A stretch of DNA of 59,100 nucleotides, the filler included, from Bipalium vagum (Eukaryota), in NCBI GenBank assembly GCA_037834085.1. It is 3 parts of 3 records of this genome, joined end to end, with 100 filler letters (N's around TTAATTAATTAA, not from the genome) between each part and the next. Parts side by side here need not be neighbours in the genome. Positions count along the whole stretch, not along the records: positions 41,509 to 59,100 come from JBBMKC010060367.1; 2 more parts are not named here. One strand, 5' to 3'. Made by a program: the position numbers and the translations under genes. Below, one piece after another: positions 51,721 to 59,100 of this stretch (within the stretch, counting starts at the first letter, position 1; each line of letters starts with the position of its first letter). The notes under the pieces are model-generated. The model did not search any database. It saw only the letters and a list, made by a program, of their open reading frames with translations, and had not been told where the DNA came from.

Positions 51721-52239
51721 CTTATTAAATATATACACATCTCAATTAACAATATATTGAGAAAAAATTGTGTGAAACATCAGAAGATTGTTTACTGATT
51801 TTTTTGGAAAATGATTCAGTTAAACAAATCATTTATTTTTAGCAGAAAGCTTATGAAGAAAGACTCACTTTCTACGCATACCCCTATTACATTTTTCAAT
51901 TTCTTTTAAACATATTTTTCTATAATATAACACATTGAGAAAACTGAGGAAATATTTTTACAAAATTGGTTATGAAAAATTAATTTTAATATTTAGTTAA
52001 AGTTAATCTTTTTATTTTGACATTATTTATATTTATAAGAAATTATTAATCTTTTGAAATTGTCTGTCTTTCAGATGCCAGGATGTATATCAAGGCATTT
52101 ATAAATTAATTTATAAACCGTAACGATAAATAATTTTATAATAATACAATATTTGAAAATGGGGAAGAAACATTATTTTATTTATTTATTATGATCTAAG
52201 AAGATAAAACTAATTTTTCTAAACTAAATTTTCTTTTAT

Positions 52240-52798
52240 TGGAGAAACTCAACATCTGTTCACAAAGTTGAAATTAGGCCCAAATAAGACAGCGGTGTCG
52301 GATTTTATGGCTCAAGGTGAGTCTGATTCACTATAGCTTCTTAAATCAATGAAAACTGTCATAAGAAAGATATGGTCAATAAATCGATGAAATGCAGCGG
52401 AAAATGCAACCTTTATGTCTCGAGTTAGTCATTAGAAAACATTCAATAAATCTTCATGATAATATCCGCCCACGTTTTATAATGATAATTCATACGGAAG
52501 CTGAGTGATTGGATTAAGAAAGTCTTCCTCATCCAGCATACTCACAGAATCTGTCACCTACTGATTATCATTTTTTACCATCTTTCTCACTTTCTGCAAC
52601 AAAAGTGCTGTACAGAATGAGTTTATCAATTCCAGAAGACCTGGCATCTACTTCCATTGAAAAAATAAACTTTTTTCGCGTTGATAGAAATATGTTGCTT
52701 GTCACGGATTACATTTTAAAAAAATTTTCTTAATTTCTGAGATTTTTAATAATACATTTGTCGGTTAAAAGCGCGATTATTTTCTTACCATCTTGATA
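52240..52798 (+). mobile_element. Mariner C-terminal relic
   Basis: LIHYSFL; IDEMQRKMQ; NLHDNIRP; LPHPAYSQNLSPTDYHF. Confidence 0.85.
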
Positions 52799-52949
52799 AT
52801 GTTATCCTTTATTAATTTATTTATCACAAGGTCTTCAAGATTCTCCGTACTATATTCTACTATCTTCTAACTCCTTATTAGATTTAATTATTATTTGCAA
52901 CATTCTAAGCTGTTGATTGTTTTATTTTTATTCTTTACATTTATTTGGT

Positions 52950-53832
52950 CATTAAGTAGGAAATGTCGGATTTGCAAAATTCAAAGTCTGAAATTGATAT
53001 TTTAAATGTTTATTTCGAAAGCTAATTGTTTTTATTTTACTGCTAAAATTGATAATTACTTTTATATTAAGAAGGTTTTTTTGTATCCCTATCCCAAGAA
53101 TATAGTTGCCAAACGCAAGAACAATTATCAAATCATTGAAAGTTGATCGTTCTACCATTGCCCAGCTTTTAAATGCACTAAAACATATCCAAAAGCAAGG
53201 AAAATTAGTGCTGTACGAATTAAAGCCCAGAAACATTGAGATACGTTTTTGTACGTGTAAAGGCAAAGACGAAAAGGGTTTTTATTTCGTAGTGTTACAG
53301 GGGATAAAAAATGGATTCATTATAGTAATCCGAAGCATAAAAGATTATGGGACAGCCGGGCCATATGTCCATTTTTACTCCATATTTACTCCACATCAAC
53401 GAGTAAACCAAATATTCATGTTTCAAAACTCATGTTGTGTATTTGGTGGGATCAGGCTGGTATCATGTATTATGAGCTGTGGCAACAGAACGAAATAATC
53501 ACGGGGGATCGGTATTGTGATTAATTGATACGTTTAAGAGGAGCATTAAGGAATAAACGGCCATATAATGCCAACAGGCATGATAAAGTCATTTTGAAAC
53601 AGGACAATGCTCGGTCCCTTGTTTCGAAAACGGTTAAAACATTTTTAGAAATATTCAAATGGGAAGTTCTACCACATCCACCATATTCTCCATACATTGG
53701 CCCTACAGATTACCATCTGTTCTTTTCCATGACTCATAGCCTAGCTGACCATCATTTTCAATCTTACGAGGTACCTTGTCTGGAAGATGGGATAAAGTAT
53801 TGACAAGCAGCGGAGAATATTTCGAAGAATGA
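52950..53832 (+). mobile_element. Mos1/mauritiana-type mariner relic (DD34D)
   Basis: GKLVLYELKPRNIE; VILKQDNAR-x-WEVLPHPPYSPYIGPTDYHLF with 34 residues between the last two Asp. Confidence 0.92.
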
Positions 53833-54639
53833 ATATTTATTTACTTTTATAATAAAGTCTATTTATTTTAGTTATTTCTTACATGATCCAGATGAAATAA
53901 TTATTATAACATTAGGATATCTATTCCACACTTTTTCGATTTATTCAAAACTAGTGAAAATTGAATAATAAAAATTATAGAAATTAATTAAGTTACAAAA
54001 CTCAAGATTAAATCGATATAATGTTGAAGAATAAGAACCGAAGATCTGGTTAATAAGATAACAAAATCAAATTAAAACCATAAATAATAATAAAAATAAA
54101 TGATAATAAATTTTAATTTTCGAATATTTTAATCTTTATTAAATTACAATAAAATATCAAATTTCATTTCAGTCTTCAAGATGATGTGTCTGTCTAAATT
54201 GAGCGAAAGTTTAGGAAACTTTGTGATGGACTGTTTGGTTAATTATAGTAATTAAAATTAAATTGAAATAAAACACCTGAATTATTAATTGAATTAAAGA
54301 GACTGGAAAAATTATTTTTGCTTTCAACAGAAAACAATGAAAATAAATGACGTCGTATAACCGAAAGTAAAAGATGATTTGGTTATAAAAAAAAATTTTA
54401 ATGATTTTTTTACCAATAAACTATATCCTATAGGGTTATCATTATTTTGAAGAACGACAGATAAATTCTTCATTATTTAAGCAAGTATTATATTTTGCTT
54501 AATCTTAAATCACATTCCCTAAGCCTTTTAATAAGTAATACCCTCCTACATTCTTCTTGACTGCCTTCAATTCATTCGTATTCTATCGCCTTTGGTACCT
54601 CCATTGTATTACTTTTCAGTCTAAATTCATAAAAATAAA

Positions 54640-56030
54640 GGACGGCACACACAAACGCAGATTTATTCTCTAGACCCAGATGCGAGACATACACACTTGC
54701 CAACTAGCTCACTAGGATTCCAAGTCTGAGAAAATGAAGGTTAAGTTACTTATACGAGGAAAAGAACTTAATGTCAGAAACTCATATGGGGCTGGCTCAT
54801 ACAGGTATTGAAAAGGTTGTGGGATACAAGAGTGGAAACACGACATAAAGAATTTGCTGATTAAGGTCCATCGAGTATTTTCAATTGCGAGACTTGCCAG
54901 AAGGACAAGGTGGGAACAACGGCGAAAAAAGAGAAAGCAGTGAAATTCTAAGCATTCGATTTGCTCAAGAACATCAACATCTGTGGGTCGTTATCGGAAA
55001 CCAGGAGGAAGAAGAAATACATTGTTGGAATAATATATCAATACAGTAAGTACATCTGTTTAACAGCGGTTGAAAGATAGAACGAGAAAACGATAATTGA
55101 CATGATAAAAAATACCTGGGTGCTTAACTTTGATAGTCCAAAGACCATCAACTTAGACTATGCAAAGACGTTTGTGTCCAAGAAGTTGGCAGAGTTCGCG
55201 AAAAGTATAAATGCTGAACTAAGCTTCTCAAGCTCATACCACCAGGTTGAACACAACGAGAACGAACCAAGTACGAAAAGATTGAAAAGAACTATTACCA
55301 GAAGTTGAGTTCTCATTGAATTCAACAACGCAGAAGACGACGGGATGCAATCCAGTGGAAATAAGTTTTGGAAGGTAGATAGACCGATACAAATGGTATC
55401 CAAAAAGTGAAAAAGCAAAAGAGGGCAGAAGTATTCACGAACACGAGAAGAAATTTTATTGTCGAAGATGAGGTACTTGTCAAAGTGGAGACGAAGAATA
55501 AGGACCAGCAAAGATACGAATGACTTTACCGAATCTGGGAGAAGATGCAAGGGAAAAGATATTTACTAGAGCATGCTGATTGAAGTACTTTGAAGAGAAA
55601 CGTCGAAAAATTAAAAAAATTCTTGAGAGGGGGATATAAGGAGTAGTTTGAATTCTTTTTAAATTAATTTGGTTAATAAGCATGGCGACCACATCAAAAC
55701 TCAAACCAGCGGACAACATCTCGAAAAGGAAAATTAAAAGAAATAGAAGCAAGAGACTCGAGGCTAGATTTTTTTCAATTTTTTTTGGCTTTTACAATTA
55801 ATTAATCTAAACGCCATAGAATTATTGTGGACGGTAATATAGACTGGAGTGAGAAAAAGATTCCCTCTTCCTTCGTTTTTTGAACAACGAAGTCTCAGAT
55901 TTCAAACATGAAAAATGGTATTATAGAATATTCCACTACACACTATTCAGCACTTACAAGAATCTATCTCAAGACGAATAAAATTTGTTTATATGCGAAT
56001 GGTGATATAACTCATTAATAGAAATGTTAC
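54640..56030 (+). mobile_element. Gypsy LTR-retrotransposon 3' part: integrase, PPT and probable 3' LTR
   Basis: H..LAHTGIEK, CETCQKDK, KKYIVGII, WVLNFDSPKTINLD..F.S, FSSSYHQ; PPT gagaggggga at ~55625; AATAAA at ~55977. Confidence 0.85.
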
Positions 56031-56329
56031 GTATTTCCAAGTTTTTTCAATTATTTTTAATAGGAATATTTTTTATACAGGTTTTTATGATATGTATACA
56101 GGTCGACCTCTACATTTGTAATACTGGGATTGCATAATTTTAATTTGTGTTTGAAATATTTTCTTAACCAAAATATTCAATTAGCGTTATTTTTATTTTT
56201 ATTATTAATTAATATTATTTTTCTCGATTTACTTAACTAGTTTAATTTTAAAATAAAGTTTTAAAAACAAAAGTGCTATCATTGATTTCAGGTTAGTGTT
56301 TATTGAACAGCCAATAAAAATGCATGGAT

Positions 56330-56960
56330 GAAAGCTTCAATTTTTTTGGATGTACTCTATTGGTTTTTTTTTAAGGACCGGTACTGATCTTCGAACTTTG
56401 TACAATTTCCCCTTCTCAATTTGCGTCATTTTGGTTTGAGTAACACTTTTTTGGAACACATCTTCGAGATCGGCCAGTAGTTCAAAATAATGACCCTCAG
56501 ATAGAATAAGTTTTGTTTAAGGTTTTATCAATTTTCAATTCACATCTGAAATGGTTTCAACATTTTGAATTTTTCTTTAATGAACTTCAGTTGAAAGAAA
56601 ACTTTATAACGAAGCTGTAATATATTGGTTAATGTGAAGGATACACAGTGTGAATATAATGTATGATCAACAATAATCGTCGAATTGATTTATTAACCAT
56701 TGAGAAAAATCTAACATTCGTTAGTTTGAATGCTGTTAGGATATGAGATCAACGAATTGTTTTATCATAATAGTTCTGATCAGTTCAAATTTGTTGCTTC
56801 AAATAAGCATCCCATGAAACCAGGATAGAACTATACTGACCGGTTAATTAATTCGGTGATATTGTTATGGAGCCAGTGTCGAAGAAGATTGTAACGGAAA
56901 CTCTGATATTAAATTTATTTTTACTAAGGTCTCTAAGGTTCACGGAAGTGAATTTCACTG
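56330..56960 (-). mobile_element. Gypsy protease / pre-RT relic
   Basis: VSVTIFFDTGS aspartic-protease motif (DTG at 56872-56880); ELLADLEDVF downstream. Confidence 0.6.
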
Positions 56961-58014
56961 AAGACTATGGATGGAGACGTGGAGTCTAGACAAAACCATG
57001 AAAATCGAGTTAAATGTTTACGCAACAGAGGAACGAAAATGACGAATACAGAGATGACAATTATAAAATTGTGGGATACACTGAACTTAAAGGGTATATT
57101 CTATAGTATATACAAGAATCTATATTAAATTGTAGAATCTATACCATGCACGCGATGTTGACAATAATACCAGTGATAATGGTAATTATACAGATTATCA
57201 CAATGACGATATTGCACAAAATATTCATTACACTTAGAGGAGAGCATAAATGAGGTGACTTTGATTAGAATTACTGACGGGATATGTTGGAGGAAAAATT
57301 TTTGTTTTAGAGGTATGATGGTTACATAATACTGTAGTTGTACTAATTAATATTTAGATAATCAAGGAGGTGAAACTAATTTCTCTTGATTATTATTTTA
57401 TTTCGGTATTTATATCGAAATTAAAGCCTTAGAATCACTCATTGTCAAATTCATAAATGTATCATCTTGGCTTGAGAGATTTCTGGAAAATTCAATTAAA
57501 CATTATTTTATTAAATTCTTTATATCACATTTTAATATATTACATTTATATATTATACAAATATTATATTTATTTTAATACAATAGATAAAATTAAATAT
57601 TTACAAATACTTAGGAATTGAAATTCTGAAATCATTTACAATGGGGCATTTTACAATAATTTACTAATGTTGAATATTTGATCTTTTAATAAATAATTAT
57701 TTTGGAAATATTTTATAAAATTAAAAGTTTCTTAGGAATTCTTGAAAAAAAATAATTTAATTAAAAAAAGGCTCACTTTTAATGAATATATCTAATATTT
57801 AATTGATCCTAGACCCATTGTTACAATGAATACTTAAATATCTTTATTAAGTATGACATGTATTATTCTCTTAAGCTTTTCGCATAAATATTTTGGAAAT
57901 ATAATATAATTATCATGAAAAATTAAAAAAAACAAATATTTCAGATTTGAACTGATTTCACTTTAAAAATATCAATAAAATGTCAAATTAAAAAATTAAT
58001 TAAATTAAATAAAA

Positions 58015-58400
58015 TATATCGGAAAGGTATACAAAGTAGGAAGATGGGTAAAACATGAATCCAAGGGGAAAGACATGGAAAGACGTGAAAATCTGCTTGC
58101 TTGACAAAAAAGTTTTCTTCACCGAATTATTACGGGTCTAAAAAGTGGATTTCTTTCGAAAACCCTAAATGCAGAAAAAAATTTGCGATCCCGGACAGCT
58201 CTCCAAAGCATCCATGGGAAAAAGTCTCTCCTAATCATCTGGTGGGACCAAAAATGTGTGATCCATATGAGGTACTAAAGCATGATGGAACGGTTTCAGA
58301 GAAGTTGTACCGAAAACAATTGATATGTCTAAGCCAGGCATTGCGCAAAAAAACACCAAATTATGAGAAAAGACAACAAAGTAATTTTATGACAATACAT
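58015..58400 (+). mobile_element. Mauritiana-type mariner relic
   Basis: KVGRWVKHE; KKWISFENPK; IWWDQK; YEVLKHDGTVSEKLYRKQLICLSQAL. Confidence 0.85.
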
Positions 58401-58560
58401 TTTTATATTCTGATATTAAAGGGTACCTTTCTCTAATTTTAATAATTGTTTCATATGATTATATTTATATATTATCTAAACATTATATATCCACGCACGC
58501 TATTAGATAAACACGTGTACGTATATTTATAAAAAACATTTATAAATAAAGATTGCTTAC

Positions 58561-58741
58561 AAACATTCATAATTAATCAATATCTTCTGTACACTGATAT
58601 GGTAAGGTTGGTTCTTTGTAATTGTATGATTTAGTCTCAAAAATCGTATTCCTTCATCTGTGGCCTCTTTTCTCTTCAATGAACAGGATTCAGCTGCATT
58701 TTCGTTTTTCAGAAAGCAGCTGCTCTTATGATTTTCGAAAA
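58561..58741 (-). CDS. Penultimate exon (phase 1-2) of the cysteine-rich GPI-type protein
   Basis: ttttcAG|TT TTC...TGT TT|GTAAGC; 181 nt open: FENHKSSCFLKNENAAESCSLKRKEATDEGIRFLRLNHTITKNQPYHISVQKILINYEC; TT+G=Leu joins in frame to 49652. Confidence 0.82.
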
Positions 58742-59026
58742 CTGAAAATTCATTTTATAATGGTGAATTATCACAATTTAATCAGTAAAATATCAGAAGT
58801 CCTACAAATTCTATTAGATTATAAATATTTTAAAATGAATTTATTATAGGATAAAATTTAAAATTTTCATTGCGTGATAAAGTGAATAAATTAAATTACA
58901 TATAAATAATTTTAGAATTATTTTATAAAATAATAATTTCATTCAATTTCTAATTAATATTATAATTACCTTTTGATAAGTATAATTTATTTATATACTT
59001 TTTTATTTAATTTATTTTTATCCATG

Positions 59027-59032
<6 letters not shown>

Positions 59033-59100
<68 letters not shown>
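59033..59100. repeat. (AAT)n microsatellite
   Basis: Run to the window end. Confidence 0.98.

Noticed and set aside
58622-58849. Plus-strand 75-aa ORF
   Set aside because: Antisense to the better-supported minus-strand exon 58561-58741

Overview
Very AT-rich eukaryotic scaffold with frequent (AAT)n microsatellites, four N-gaps and dense, decayed transposon relics. The composition and TE mix suggest a freshwater planarian such as Dugesia or Schmidtea (inference). Three partial host genes are supported by splice signals: (i) two phase-compatible + strand exons of a cysteine-rich EB/EGF-like protein (5768-5899, 17143-17230); (ii) the first coding exon of an SLC10-family Na+/bile-acid symporter (26522-27187); (iii) the last two - strand exons of a cysteine-rich, probably GPI-anchored protein (58561-58741, 49352-49652). 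The rest is mostly about 25 Tc1/mariner-superfamily relics (DD34D mariner, DD41D, maT-like, DD37E-like, Tc3-like, IS630-like), three Merlin fragments, gypsy LTR-retrotransposon fragments, a Maverick/Polinton polymerase relic and an LTR-like segment. The most unusual structures are an inverted pair of tRNA-Ala-like units sharing an identical 5' leader (21122-21723) and a TIR-bounded IS630/Tc1 element whose transposase appears to carry a 54-nt GT-AG intron. I found no complete novel system that can be established from sequence alone. Relic boundaries are approximate unless TIRs are quoted.
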